Both the position numbers and the translations under genes were made by a program. The notes under the pieces were generated by a model. It did no database searches. It was not told the origin of the DNA and was given only the letters and a program-made list of their open reading frames with translations. 64,000 bases of DNA from Thermodesulfobacteriota bacterium (GTDB lineage: Bacteria; Desulfobacterota; Desulfarculia; JACQYL01), in NCBI GenBank assembly GCA_963675595.2, contig CAXXLZ010000002.1:3616001-3680000 (forward strand), read 5' to 3'. Positions 10,712 through 20,889 of this stretch are shown piece by piece (within the stretch, counting starts at the first letter, position 1; the number at the start of each line of letters is the position of its first letter).

Positions 10712-11596
10712 ATGCATTCTCGTGTGTTCGTATCCGTGGTGATCCCCAACTGGAATGGAAAGCGGTTTCTTGCCGAGTGCTTAGGCTCGGTGTTCGAAGA
10801 ATGCGCCGGCGATTTTGAAGTGATCTTGGTTGACAACGGTTCTCGTGACGGCAGTGTCGACTGGACGGAGAAGCGTTTCCCTCAAGTTCGGCTGATCCGA
10901 AACGCGTTCAACAGAGGGTTCGCCGGCGCGGTGAACCAGGGGTTCAGGGCGGCTTCGGGGAACTACTGCGTGGCCCTGAACAACGACACCCGCGTAGGTC
11001 CGGGGTGGCTGGAACATTTGGTCGACCCGTTGGTCCGGGACGAGCGCGTAGGCGCGGCCTGTTCACGAGTAGTGTTCTACGATGATCCGGGGCGGGTCTA
11101 TAACGCCGGCATACGAATCAATTCGTTGGGAGAACCCAGAAACGTTGGGTTCGGGGAGCCTTTCGAACGGCACGGTCGCACTTGCAGGGTGGATGGAGCC
11201 TGTGCGTGCAGTGCCGTTTACCGACGCGTCGCTTTGGAGGAAGCGGGCTATTTCGACGAGCGGTTCTTCGCGTACCACGAAGACGTGGATCTATCCTGGC
11301 GGCTGCGAAAGGCCGGCTGGGAGATCGTCTACGCGGCGAATTCCATCGTTTATCATCATGGAAGCGGCGCCACGGAGTATCTCAGCTCCTTCGCCCGAAC
11401 ACACAGCGCGAAGAACCTGCTCTTGATGAACCTCAAGAACGGCTCTCCCCTGCACATGTTGTTGCACTTGTTTACTTGTGCGTTTCGTTACGGCGGTGCT
11501 CTTCGCGATCCGGTATGTTTCAAAGAAACCCTAAGGCTCGTGCCGGTGATTTTGAAGGAAAGGTTTGGTTCGGGGAGTAAGTCGGGCGGACGGTGA
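10712..11596 (+). CDS. Glycosyltransferase family 2 (rhamnosyltransferase-like)
   Basis: VSVVIPNWNG, VILVDNGSRDGS, NRGFAGAVNQG, LNNDT, FDERFFAYHEDVDLSWR. Confidence 0.93.
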   Translation: MHSRVFVSVVIPNWNGKRFLAECLGSVFEECAGDFEVILVDNGSRDGSVDWTEKRFPQVRLIRNAFNRGFAGAVNQGFRAASGNYCVALNNDTRVGPGWLEHLVDPLVRDERVGAACSRVVFYDDPGRVYNAGIRINSLGEPRNVGFGEPFERHGRTCRVDGACACSAVYRRVALEEAGYFDERFFAYHEDVDLSWRLRKAGWEIVYAANSIVYHHGSGATEYLSSFARTHSAKNLLLMNLKNGSPLHMLLHLFTCAFRYGGALRDPVCFKETLRLVPVILKERFGSGSKSGGR

Positions 11597-11670
11597 CCGA
11601 ACCGGCGTACCTCATGAAAACCGGCGGGGTCCGCATCAGGAGCCGGTGATCCCCAAAGATCGTGGGGGCT

Positions 11671-12519
11671 TTAGGACTTCTTGAGAGTCAGGACCATCCG
11701 CCCGCGGGTGAACGGCACACGCACCCGCCATTCCCATTCCCGGCGCGGCGGTGGGTAAGCCTCCCGCAGCATCGTATTTTCAATGTGAGCCTCGCGGAGA
11801 GACCTCGGCTTGTCCGGCTCGGCGCGGGCCATCCAGAAAGCCTCGGCATATTCGGCCTGACCGATTAGGGAGATGGTACGAAACCGGGCGAGAGCGCGGA
11901 CCCGATCGCTCCAGTCGTAGTCCAGAAACTGAGAGCGGTGGCAATACAGAGCGGTCATTTTGCGCTCCATCACGGTGGATATGTCCACCAGGATCGTGGG
12001 CTTCAGGGGGGTGGAGGTTTCGTAAAAGGCCACCTCCACGGCTCGGGAGAGCCTGTGGACCGCCGACCACGCGGCGAAGGCCGCCTCCCGATGGTCCGGT
12101 TGCGCTTCCATGGGAGAAGGGCAGTAGACCAGTTCCGCGCGGTGGTCCTCCATGACGGAAACCAGGTCCCGGATGAGGGGTTCGCGAGCCTGCACCTGCC
12201 GATCCAGGTAGGGGAGAAACCGGATGTCTTGAACGCCGGTGGTTCGTGCCGCTTCGAGGGCCTCTTGTTCCCTGATGAGCGGATAGTCCTCACCGAATCG
12301 GCCGGTGAAGTCCCCCTGATCCCCTCGAGTCAGGAAAACGACTCTTACCGGGTCGAGGACTCCGAGATGGATCATGGTGCTTCCTCCGCATCCGATGATG
12401 TCGTCATCCGGATGTGGTGCAATCACCAGCACACGACGTCCCGCCGGAAACGAGGGCTGGTAGGGGAGAATTCGGTCTTCCTCGATCATGGCTGGATCCC
12501 GGACGGCCGCAGCGTTCAA
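11671..12519 (-). CDS. PIG-L/LmbE family N-deacetylase
   Basis: VLVIAPHPDDDIIGCGG, REQEA, QPDH, ALYCHRSQ, YAEAF. Confidence 0.9.
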   Translation of the reverse strand: MNAAAVRDPAMIEEDRILPYQPSFPAGRRVLVIAPHPDDDIIGCGGSTMIHLGVLDPVRVVFLTRGDQGDFTGRFGEDYPLIREQEALEAARTTGVQDIRFLPYLDRQVQAREPLIRDLVSVMEDHRAELVYCPSPMEAQPDHREAAFAAWSAVHRLSRAVEVAFYETSTPLKPTILVDISTVMERKMTALYCHRSQFLDYDWSDRVRALARFRTISLIGQAEYAEAFWMARAEPDKPRSLREAHIENTMLREAYPPPRREWEWRVRVPFTRGRMVLTLKKS

Positions 12520-13532
12520 GCCACGTCCGTATCACCCAAAGTGTAATAGAAATGGTCCTTCACCCAGTTCAGGTCCATGTCGGTGCTGAACGAAACCGCT
12601 CCCAAATGCAGTTCGTCCCTTTGCGGCACCGCCGACCATCCGGCCTCCAGAAGGACGGCGCATGCCGGGCTTCGGGGGTGGCACCATGTTTCCATGACGG
12701 TTTTGCCTTCGCGGCAAAATAGGTTCCCTATTTCCGTCAGCAGGAAACGATTGGCCCAGCGGGCGGAGAGAGAGGGAAAGAAATCCACCAAAATTCCCCG
12801 TTCCATGGAAAGGTCCAGCACGGCCCAGCACTCGATACGGCCGCCGAGGCGGTTGGCCACCTGCAGAATTTCATAGGATCTTACCGGATGTTCCGCATAT
12901 CTCCAGTTCAAATATTGGGAATCTCGGATTACGGCCATCGGATAGGCGGTTTCGCATCGGGTCCAAAGGCCGTCCGCTCGATCGTCCCATCGTTTGACCG
13001 CCTCGAGCCGGCCACGGACGCGGTCCCCCAAAGGCGCCGACTTCACTTTGTCCGGAAGGGGGGCCTGAAGGCAATGAACGGCGGCCAGGGTTTGGTATTC
13101 CAGGACCTTTTCTCCGAGAAGACGGTGCCTGGTTCCCGGGAAACCGAAAATCATGGGTACTTGGGGGGCGGAGACTCCCCCGAAGGTATTGAAAAATGAT
13201 TTCACCGTTTTCAGGAAGATTCGGCTTGCACGGTACTTGGGATGACTCATGAAATCCACGCCCTGCAGCACCTTTGCCCTGCCGTTTCCGTGGCGCAGCA
13301 GCAGAGGCAGACCCGCGCATTGGGCGGCGAGGTTCCCTTGGTGGAATCCCAACATGATGTGACGTCCCAAAGGCCTGGCCTCGAATTCCCAGTGCCAATG
13401 TTCGAGGGTCTTTGTTTGTCCGAAAACCAGACGAAACATATCCAGGGCGGCTTCTCTGTCGGAGAGGTCCAATTGACGGATCTCGTTTTGAGGGGAGGCA
13501 GCCGCGGTTGTTGTTACTTGAACCATGTCCAC
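12516..13532 (-). CDS. GNAT family N-acyltransferase
   Basis: WHWEF...DFMSHPKYR, FGFPG, RDSQYLNWRY and GDTD C-terminus, typical of polysaccharide-cluster GNATs; overlaps both neighbours. Confidence 0.8.
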   Translation of the reverse strand: MDMVQVTTTAAASPQNEIRQLDLSDREAALDMFRLVFGQTKTLEHWHWEFEARPLGRHIMLGFHQGNLAAQCAGLPLLLRHGNGRAKVLQGVDFMSHPKYRASRIFLKTVKSFFNTFGGVSAPQVPMIFGFPGTRHRLLGEKVLEYQTLAAVHCLQAPLPDKVKSAPLGDRVRGRLEAVKRWDDRADGLWTRCETAYPMAVIRDSQYLNWRYAEHPVRSYEILQVANRLGGRIECWAVLDLSMERGILVDFFPSLSARWANRFLLTEIGNLFCREGKTVMETWCHPRSPACAVLLEAGWSAVPQRDELHLGAVSFSTDMDLNWVKDHFYYTLGDTDVA

Positions 13533-14620
13533 GCTCCAACCTGGACCATGGAGTCCAGGTCCGTGATTGTTGCAAAATAGCGTCCGGGCGCAAGAAAGGT
13601 GAAGACTTGTTCCGGAATTTGAAATCGGGATGATTGTACCAAGGCACCGGCGGACGGGAACATCAGAGGGTTGACGCTCATTTGAAATAAGAATCGTTCC
13701 GGTGCCGATTGCTCCGAAGCTGGAAACGTAGTTTCCGGAGTTACGTCGGCGAGGGGAGTGAATTCCTTTGGGATCGGGTGAGGAACCAGGGCCTTGAGGG
13801 ATGAATGCAGAAGCCGGTGACCCAAGGCCGGCATTCGACCATAGTGTTTTGCCATATATTTGCGCCTGGATTCCTGGAAGAGTCTTTCCGACGCCTCGGG
13901 ATTCTGCCTGCCGCTCTGGTTATAGAGATGAACGATTTCCGCCCGAGGATCCGTAACAATGCGGTAGCCTTGTTTTCGAAGTCTCAAACACCAATCGGCG
14001 TCTTCGAAATACATGAAAAAAGTCTGATGGTCGAACGGTCCGATCCGATCCAGAATTCGTTTGTGCGTCAGGATGTTGGCTCCGGCTAATGCGGGAACTT
14101 CCAAAGGCGTTTGAGCCGCCCAAAAACTGAGGTTTTCGGCGGTGATCCTTTTCCGAAAGTTTGCTCCCGTCCATGGGGATGACGCGGCGAAAAGCAACCG
14201 GTAATCAAGGGAAGGAGCGGGCAGCCTGGTTGGAGGGAGTTGCAGCGTTCGGCTGAGGTCCCACCAGACCCGGGGTCCCACGGCGCCGGCGTCGGGATGG
14301 GCGTCGAAGGCGTTCGCAAGAATCTCTACGGCGTGAGGATAGACGAAGGTATCGGGATTGAGGAAAAAGACGTACTCTCCTTCCGCCAAAGGGAGAGCTT
14401 CATTGTTGGCCCTTGAGAAGCCGAGGTTCTCGTCCAGAAACAGAAGCCGGACCCCTGGAACGGTCTTGAGGACCTCACGGTCCTCATCCTGCGAGGCATT
14501 GTCCACCACGAGCAAATCCAGGGCAAGTTCCGGGCCTTGCTGTGGAAGCAGAGACAAAACGGCCTCTCTTACCATTCCGGCGGTATTGTAATTAACGATG
14601 ATAATGGAAACGGTTCTCAT
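13514..14620 (-). CDS. Glycosyltransferase family 2 (WbbL-like)
   Basis: Likely start MRTVSIIIVNYNT (ATG 14620); VVDNAS, NLGFSRANN, FLNPDT, FFMYFEDADWCLR. Confidence 0.92.
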   Translation of the reverse strand: MRTVSIIIVNYNTAGMVREAVLSLLPQQGPELALDLLVVDNASQDEDREVLKTVPGVRLLFLDENLGFSRANNEALPLAEGEYVFFLNPDTFVYPHAVEILANAFDAHPDAGAVGPRVWWDLSRTLQLPPTRLPAPSLDYRLLFAASSPWTGANFRKRITAENLSFWAAQTPLEVPALAGANILTHKRILDRIGPFDHQTFFMYFEDADWCLRLRKQGYRIVTDPRAEIVHLYNQSGRQNPEASERLFQESRRKYMAKHYGRMPALGHRLLHSSLKALVPHPIPKEFTPLADVTPETTFPASEQSAPERFLFQMSVNPLMFPSAGALVQSSRFQIPEQVFTFLAPGRYFATITDLDSMVQVGAWTWFK

Positions 14621-14690
14621 GCTTCCGCCCGATCTGCCGGCCGATCTATGGGAGGATATATTCGCCGCTGAGGCTTTGCGACACAGCGTA

Positions 14691-15890
14691 TCAAGTGACT
14701 CGCCATTCATGCGGCACGAAACAGACACCCCAGGGATGCCCGTCGGAAACGACCGAAAACGCCACGGTCTTTTGGTCCAATACGTGAAGACCGGTTTCGT
14801 CCAGCAGGAAGAACTTGAGAAAGTAATTGCCTCGGAGAAAGGGGAGGCTGGGGACGAGGAAATCCGCTTGAAAGAGCGATCGGCCCTCAAGAGGCGGCAG
14901 GCCGTCGGTGAGGGTGCTCGACGCGTAGCAGTTCAAATGGTCGTTGCGGTCGATCACAATGCCTGCGTGATACTTCCATTCCGGTTTTGAGGTGCGGAAG
15001 ACCGCGCTTGCGGTAAAAGGCTCCGAAAACCGACAGACCAAGGGTTCTCGGTCGAACCCGTTAATGGAGCAGGACTCGATCCAGGCGTGGGGCGGAGATT
15101 CTTCGACCGCCTCGGCCTTCTCCACGTTCTTTGCCTCAAAGGGCGTAGCCTTTTTTCGAAGCTCTTTTTGTCGCGTGTAGTTTTCATAAGCGGCGACCAC
15201 GTCCTGTGCGGGGCCTTCGGATCGCACGCGCCCTTCCTTTAGCCAAATGGCGTTCTTACAGAACTGGACAACGGAATACATGGAGTGAGAGCAGAATACG
15301 ATCGCTCGCCCCGAATTGAGAAACGTTCTCAGATTGTCCAGGCATTTGTGCTGGAAATAGGAATCACCCACGGCGAGGACTTCGTCGATTACCAAAATAT
15401 CCGGGTTGACGTTGATGGCCACGGAGAAGGCCAAACGGATATGCATACCCGACGAATAAGTTTTGATGGGTTTATCGATAAAATGGTGCAACTCGGAAAA
15501 ATCCACGATGCGGTCGAGGCTTTGCTCTATCTCTTTGCGGGTCATGCCTCGCATGGCCGCGCTCATCTGAATGTTCTGACGACCGGTGAATTCTCCGTGA
15601 AATCCGCCTCCCAGGTCTAGTATGGACGCGATCCTGCCCGTGCTTTTCACCTCTCCCCCGGTGGGGCGGAGCACCCCTGCGAGTATGCTCAGCAAGGTGC
15701 TTTTCCCGGCCCCGTTTTCCCCGATGACTCCGATGGCCGTTCCCGGCATGACTTCGAGGCTCACATGGTCCAGAGCCACAAAAGGTTCATGGAAGGGGCG
15801 GCGCAAAAGAATCTCTTTGATGCGGTGGGAGGGGTTCTTATAGACCCGGTACACTTTGGTCAATTGTCTTGCGGCGAGAACTGGTTCCAT
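14691..15890 (-). CDS. wzt: Polysaccharide ABC transporter ATP-binding subunit with C-terminal carbohydrate-binding domain
   Basis: GENGAGKST Walker A, KTYSSGMHIRLAFSVA signature, IDEVLAVGD, ~150 aa C-terminal extension. Confidence 0.93.
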   Translation of the reverse strand: MEPVLAARQLTKVYRVYKNPSHRIKEILLRRPFHEPFVALDHVSLEVMPGTAIGVIGENGAGKSTLLSILAGVLRPTGGEVKSTGRIASILDLGGGFHGEFTGRQNIQMSAAMRGMTRKEIEQSLDRIVDFSELHHFIDKPIKTYSSGMHIRLAFSVAINVNPDILVIDEVLAVGDSYFQHKCLDNLRTFLNSGRAIVFCSHSMYSVVQFCKNAIWLKEGRVRSEGPAQDVVAAYENYTRQKELRKKATPFEAKNVEKAEAVEESPPHAWIESCSINGFDREPLVCRFSEPFTASAVFRTSKPEWKYHAGIVIDRNDHLNCYASSTLTDGLPPLEGRSLFQADFLVPSLPFLRGNYFLKFFLLDETGLHVLDQKTVAFSVVSDGHPWGVCFVPHEWRVT

Positions 15891-16091
15891 AGGAGTGCAG
15901 TGTTTACCCGATCAGGGGAAAAGACGTCAATCCAAAAGGCCGTGTTCCAGGTGGAGCCGGTACCTTGCGGAGTTGCGCTGAAGGAAGGAGGCTGAAGGAA
16001 CAAAGCTCTTGACATTCCCGAGAGGAGCGTTCAGGTTTTACCCCTTTGAACTACCATGGTCATAGTGGGATTCGCATAATCTTCAGATTGC

Positions 16092-16907
16092 TTGTTCAAT
16101 ATGAGTTTCGGAAAATTCATGGGCCTTCTCTTTCGAAATCGATTCCTGTTATACCACTTGGTGAGGCGTGATATCGCTACCAGGTTTGTCGGCTCCTACG
16201 CCGGGCTTTTTTGGGGATTGGTGCATCCATTGATTCTCCTGGCGGTATACAGCACGTTGTTCGTGTATATTCTGCAGGTGAAGATGGGCTCCGGCGTGCG
16301 GCAGAACTTCGCGGAGTTTCTGTTCTGTGCTCTTTGGGCATGGATCGCCTTTTCCGAGGGGACGCTCACGAGTGTGAAGGCCGTGGTGGGAAATCCAAAT
16401 CTGGTCAAGCGAATGGCGTTCCCCCTCGAAGTGCTGGCGCCGTCATGTATCTTTTCGGCACTGCTGCTGCAGCTACTGGGGTTCGGCCTGTTTATGGTCT
16501 ACTTGCTGGTTTTCGGCAAGATTCCGGTGTGGGGGATCTGGCGGGTCCTGCTGGTTGTGGTCCCTCTGATTTTCCAATGCATGTTTTCCGTGGGGTTGGG
16601 TTGGGTATTGAGCGCGTTGCAGGTTTTCGTGCGTGATACGGCTCAGTTCGTAGCCGCCGCCATGACCGTTTGGTTCTTTCTGACCCCTATTATCTATCCT
16701 GCGGACTTGGTACCGGCCGGTTTCCGATTCGTGATCGGGCTCAACCCTTGGACACACCTTGCCGAGGCCTACCGGTGTGCGGTTTTCCAGGGTACTTTGC
16801 CGTTGACCTGGGGTGGAGCCTACGTCGTGGTGCTGTCGACCGTGTTGTTTGTTTTTGGGGGCGTGGTCTTCGAGAAGTTGAAGCCGGAATTTGCGGACGC
16901 GCTGTGA
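16092..16907 (+). CDS. wzm: Polysaccharide ABC transporter permease
   Basis: LVRRDIATRFVGSYAGLFWGLVHPL, NLVKRMAFPLE, WFFLTPIIYP, LNP. Start may be the ATG three codons later. Confidence 0.93.
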   Translation: MFNMSFGKFMGLLFRNRFLLYHLVRRDIATRFVGSYAGLFWGLVHPLILLAVYSTLFVYILQVKMGSGVRQNFAEFLFCALWAWIAFSEGTLTSVKAVVGNPNLVKRMAFPLEVLAPSCIFSALLLQLLGFGLFMVYLLVFGKIPVWGIWRVLLVVVPLIFQCMFSVGLGWVLSALQVFVRDTAQFVAAAMTVWFFLTPIIYPADLVPAGFRFVIGLNPWTHLAEAYRCAVFQGTLPLTWGGAYVVVLSTVLFVFGGVVFEKLKPEFADAL

Positions 16908-17055
16908 TTTGCTCCGACGTTTGGTTCAGGTTCCCATCGTCGGGTAAACGGGCGCCCATGGCGGATCCACGAGTATCGGCAGGGTGTTTTGCCTTGACTT
17001 GAGGGGAACGAGCTGTTACAAAGCGCCGCAATTTTAACCTAAGAGGGAGAGCCCG

Positions 17056-18348
17056 TTGAGGCAATTGCTGGAAAGAGGTAAATACTTGTTGGTCGGGGCG
17101 GTTCTGGTGTGTGCGACGAGCTGTGTCGGCATGTATCCGGTGGCGGAACCCACCGCCGCTAAAACCGGTCGAACGACGGAGGTCGGAGCTCCGGCTCATG
17201 AATTGGTGGTGACGGTGGAGTCTCAGGGGCTGCCCACGGAAGGACGGTTTCGCCATAACGCGGTGTTCGCCGATGTAAACGGAGACGGCATAAACGACAT
17301 TGTTACGCCGCCGCCTCGGAAGGCGAAAGAGGAAGACAGGAAGCCTCACATTTTCCTGGGAAGTCCGGACGGGACATGGAAAAACGTGACTTCGCAAATG
17401 GCGTATCCGGAGATGGATTATGCCTATGGAAGCGTGGCGATCAGCGATTTCAACGGCGACGGACTGATGGACATGGCGCTTGCCATGCACGGGATCGGAG
17501 TTCGGATTCTCCTTCGAAAGGATGCCTGGTCCTGGGAAAATGTCGTTCTCGGACCGATTGTGGAGAAGAACTATAGTACTCGGGCCTTGACGGTGGGAGA
17601 CATGAACGGCGACGGTCGTTCCGATGTGGTTTGCGTTGGTGAGTTCTTAGGCCCCACCGGGGGATACCAGGGCGAGGGGATACTGATTCTGGAGGGCGAG
17701 GGCGACGGAAATTTCAAGGGGCACTGGATTTCCGATTCGGTCAACGTATTCGCCGACGATGTCTCCGTTGGAGACGTCAACAGCGACGGCCTGCCGGACA
17801 TTGCAGTGGCGCTTCTGAATGCTGCGAAGAAGGAAATTGTGTGGCTCGGAACCGGAGACTTTCAGTACGAAGCGGACCGTACGGAAGGATTCCCGGAGAT
17901 GACGGTTTACGAAGCGGTCGATTTGGTCGATTTGGACGGTGACGGCAAGGCTGAACTAGTTACCGCGATGATGAAACTGAATCCCAAGGATCCTGAGCCC
18001 AACGGCATTCGCGTGTTTCACCGGGTTGAAGCTCGATGGGAAGAAAGAGGCGACGGTCTTCCGGTGAAGGAGCGGATGGGAGATGTGGCTGTTGCGGATT
18101 TCAATGGTGATGGCCGTTTGGATATAGCGGGCATGGAGTTTTTCAGCGGCGATGTGCGGTTTTTCCTCAAAACGGCGGAGGGCGACTGGAAAGAGAGTGC
18201 CGCCAAGGGAGAACCGGGTCGTCCGGCGAGAGCGTACGGAATGTGCGCGGCCCCTGGAAGAGGCGGGCAGTTGGTGCTCACCGTCCTGGCGCCGAGAGAC
18301 GGCGAGGGTGGAGGGGTTGTGGTTTACCACGTGGAGCCGGAGAAATAG
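17056..18348 (+). CDS. FG-GAP/VCBS repeat (beta-propeller) lipoprotein
   Basis: Lipobox-like CATSC; six Dx[DN]xDG repeats (DVNGDG, DFNGDG, DMNGDG, DVNSDG, DLDGDG, DFNGDG). Confidence 0.85.
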   Translation: MRQLLERGKYLLVGAVLVCATSCVGMYPVAEPTAAKTGRTTEVGAPAHELVVTVESQGLPTEGRFRHNAVFADVNGDGINDIVTPPPRKAKEEDRKPHIFLGSPDGTWKNVTSQMAYPEMDYAYGSVAISDFNGDGLMDMALAMHGIGVRILLRKDAWSWENVVLGPIVEKNYSTRALTVGDMNGDGRSDVVCVGEFLGPTGGYQGEGILILEGEGDGNFKGHWISDSVNVFADDVSVGDVNSDGLPDIAVALLNAAKKEIVWLGTGDFQYEADRTEGFPEMTVYEAVDLVDLDGDGKAELVTAMMKLNPKDPEPNGIRVFHRVEARWEERGDGLPVKERMGDVAVADFNGDGRLDIAGMEFFSGDVRFFLKTAEGDWKESAAKGEPGRPARAYGMCAAPGRGGQLVLTVLAPRDGEGGGVVVYHVEPEK

Positions 18349-18380
18349 AGCTATCTACACTTGGACGGGTAGCGAAAGGA

Positions 18381-18815
18381 ATGACTTTGGTACGAAGAGT
18401 TTTGCTGTGGGGACTTTGGGCGGCGCTGTGCGCTGTAATGCTCTGCTCGTGCGCGGGTGTGATGACGCAGCAGCCCGACGCGGACAAATTGCAGACCGCT
18501 GCGACGGCGTACTGGCAGGCGAGGACGACTCGTGATTGGGAAAAGGCCTACCCGTATGAATTGCATAAGTCGAAAGAAACGTTTGAGACGTATCGTTCGC
18601 GCATGGAGGCCTCCTTTGTAAAGATGCCCATGAACTTGGTCGGCGTGGAAGACGCCGTGCTGAATCCCGATGGAGAGAGTGGGAAGGTGAAGGTCGTGGT
18701 TCGAGTCGAGTTCGGATTTCCCGCTCGTGGGAGTTATAAGGTACCGGTTTCCGACCCTTGGGTATTTGTGAAAGGCGAATGGCTGCACGACACGGGGATG
18801 AAAATGGAGAAATAG
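18381..18815 (+). CDS. Hypothetical lipoprotein (NTF2-like pattern)
   Basis: ATG 18381 after GAAAGGA; lipobox LCSC; AYWQAR...DWEKAYPYE...DPWVFVKGEWLH. Confidence 0.75.
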   Translation: MTLVRRVLLWGLWAALCAVMLCSCAGVMTQQPDADKLQTAATAYWQARTTRDWEKAYPYELHKSKETFETYRSRMEASFVKMPMNLVGVEDAVLNPDGESGKVKVVVRVEFGFPARGSYKVPVSDPWVFVKGEWLHDTGMKMEK

Positions 18816-18913
18816 GGGGATCGTACGGAAAGAACGACGTGCCCCGTGTGGACATAAGAAAAGGAGGGCTGATTGATCGTCCGGATAAGTGAGGATTCCT
18901 TGCTTTTTTGGGC

Positions 18914-19001
18914 TTGACATCCGTCCCGTTTCCAATAAAATACTGCCAGTCAAAGTGGTACAATACCCTTAATCGCCTGTATGCGTGGTTTGAGGTATAG
19001 T
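18914..19001 (+). promoter_or_regulatory. Candidate sigma70 promoters of paralog 1
   Basis: TTGACA(18914)-16-TAAAAT and TCGCCT(18973)-17-TATAGT. Confidence 0.55.
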
Positions 19002-19150
19002 AATAGTCGAAGAAAAGAGCATCATCGCAAAGCGGAGAAAGGGGGTGAGTGGAGGAGGATTAGAGAGTTTAGAGGTAAGGAGAAAAAGAGTCGTTAGAGT
19101 TCGTCTACAGTGAATGAAGTTTCACGCTTATTGTCTTTAGGAGGGAAACG

Positions 19151-20707
19151 ATGAAGAGATTGAGCAACACGCTGTTGGCCGTCGCACTGGTAGCGGCCCT
19201 GACCATGGGCTTTGCCGGCGTCGCGAAGGCGGGCGCGTTTGGTGTTCCGGATCCTACGCCGGGCGCCGTTGTAACGGGTTGGTTTGACTTGGCGGTTAAC
19301 GGCACGGACGACGTGCTTCCCGTGATCGTGAACATGGGCGGCAGCGCCGACCAGATCGTTCACTTCATCATTTGGAACCGCGAAAGCGCCCACGTTTGGG
19401 ATAAGAACATCACCCTGACTCCTTGGGATGCTTCTCCCCAGGAATTCGGCAACATCCGCGGCGTGATCGAAAACGAAATGGCTCAGGGCCAGAGAAACAA
19501 CCTGAAGGTTACGATCACCTATGCCGACGACACCACCGAAGATCGCTACCAGGGTTACTGGACGGCCGCCACGGTTTACGAGACCGTCACCGTGACCACG
19601 CCTGCTGAAATCTCCTACCCCCACGCCTACCTGAACAAGCTGGCCGGCTGGGTGTATCTGGTGGACATCGTCAAGGGGATCACCGACGGTTATCCCATGG
19701 TGGCCATCGAAGCCGGAACCCTGTGGGCCGGTGATCAGTTTGTCGCCTTCATGCTGTCCCAGTCCGCGGATTACTTCAACCGCACCTGGTGGTGGAAGAG
19801 CAATACCGCCGCCGACAGCAAGGTTGCCGTTGTGGCCGCCGACAACCCCGGCGCCAACAACACGGCTGCTTGGTATTCCCGCCTGTGGGATGAAAGCCGC
19901 GACCGTTTCTTCGTGACCAACGACATCGACGGCATCACCGTGAACCTGCCCACCGTGACCGCCAAGGCCAAAGTGGACAAAGTGTTCGAGCGTTTCGACG
20001 CGGTTGCCGGCATCAACTGCCAGCTGCTGAGCACGGGTCAGATGATCGCCAGCGGCGACGACGTATGGCTGGCTCGGAACCCCTCCGTGGGCGAGCTGCC
20101 CTATGACGGCGGCACGGCGAGCAACGTGCTGGATCGCGGCGGCATGATCCTCCTGGGCCGTTTCTTCGCGGATCAGAGCGGTCTGGTTGCCGACTACGCC
20201 AACCGTATGATCATCTGGGCCGACACCAACCAGGCTTCCAGCAGCAAGCCGAGAAGCGTGGTTCTGTTCGTGTGCGACGAAGAAGAAGGCTGCTTCTCCT
20301 TCCCGCTGGATCTGCCCTACGAGCTGAACGTGATCGTGCTGGACGACGTGATCGGTACCATCCTGTCCGGTCATATCTACTTCCACACCCGTCAGATCGT
20401 GAACCCCAACAGCCAGAACGTGCAGGTTCCCTACTGGCGTGAAGTGACCGCCAACGGCGCGGGCTTCCCGGCCGGCTCCGGCGCCTACGCCACCGCGTGG
20501 TATCCGGTATTGGCCACGGGCACGGCTCTGGAACACGGCAACCAGCTGCAGCTGCTGGGTTGGACCCTGAACATCGGTTTCGGCGAAGTCATCGGCGGTT
20601 TCGAGACGAGCTGGAGTGCGGCGTTCCCCATGATCCGCCGCTACCAGGTGGGTCCGGCCAGCATCGCCACCATCGGCTTGGTCCAGCTGGACGAGGGACA
20701 GAACTAA
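19151..20707 (+). CDS. Secreted surface-protein paralog 1 of 8 (putative S-layer subunit)
   Basis: Sec signal ending AKA/GAFGVPDP; RBS AGGAGGG; strongly biased codons; near-identical to seven downstream ORFs. Function is inference. Confidence 0.9.
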   Translation: MKRLSNTLLAVALVAALTMGFAGVAKAGAFGVPDPTPGAVVTGWFDLAVNGTDDVLPVIVNMGGSADQIVHFIIWNRESAHVWDKNITLTPWDASPQEFGNIRGVIENEMAQGQRNNLKVTITYADDTTEDRYQGYWTAATVYETVTVTTPAEISYPHAYLNKLAGWVYLVDIVKGITDGYPMVAIEAGTLWAGDQFVAFMLSQSADYFNRTWWWKSNTAADSKVAVVAADNPGANNTAAWYSRLWDESRDRFFVTNDIDGITVNLPTVTAKAKVDKVFERFDAVAGINCQLLSTGQMIASGDDVWLARNPSVGELPYDGGTASNVLDRGGMILLGRFFADQSGLVADYANRMIIWADTNQASSSKPRSVVLFVCDEEEGCFSFPLDLPYELNVIVLDDVIGTILSGHIYFHTRQIVNPNSQNVQVPYWREVTANGAGFPAGSGAYATAWYPVLATGTALEHGNQLQLLGWTLNIGFGEVIGGFETSWSAAFPMIRRYQVGPASIATIGLVQLDEGQN

Positions 20708-20726
20708 GGGTCGTCCGATCGAGAAC

Positions 20727-20810
20727 AATCCGAGCGCATTTTTGAGTCGCCCTCGGATTCGCTAGAAAGAAAAAGGGGCTGAGGAGCATTCCTCAGCCCC
20801 TTGCCTTTTA
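20727..20810 (+). terminator. Double-hairpin 3' UTR and intrinsic terminator of paralog 1
   Basis: AATCCGAG...CTCGGATT hairpin, then AAGGGGCTGAGG-AGCATT-CCTCAGCCCCTT and a T-run; same module follows paralog 2 and the mini-ORF. Confidence 0.8.
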
Positions 20811-20889
20811 GAAAAGGCCCCTGTGTGCTCAGCAAATCGGACGGCTTTTCGCATTTTGGTTAATCGTATGGGGCGACTAGGCAAGAGGA

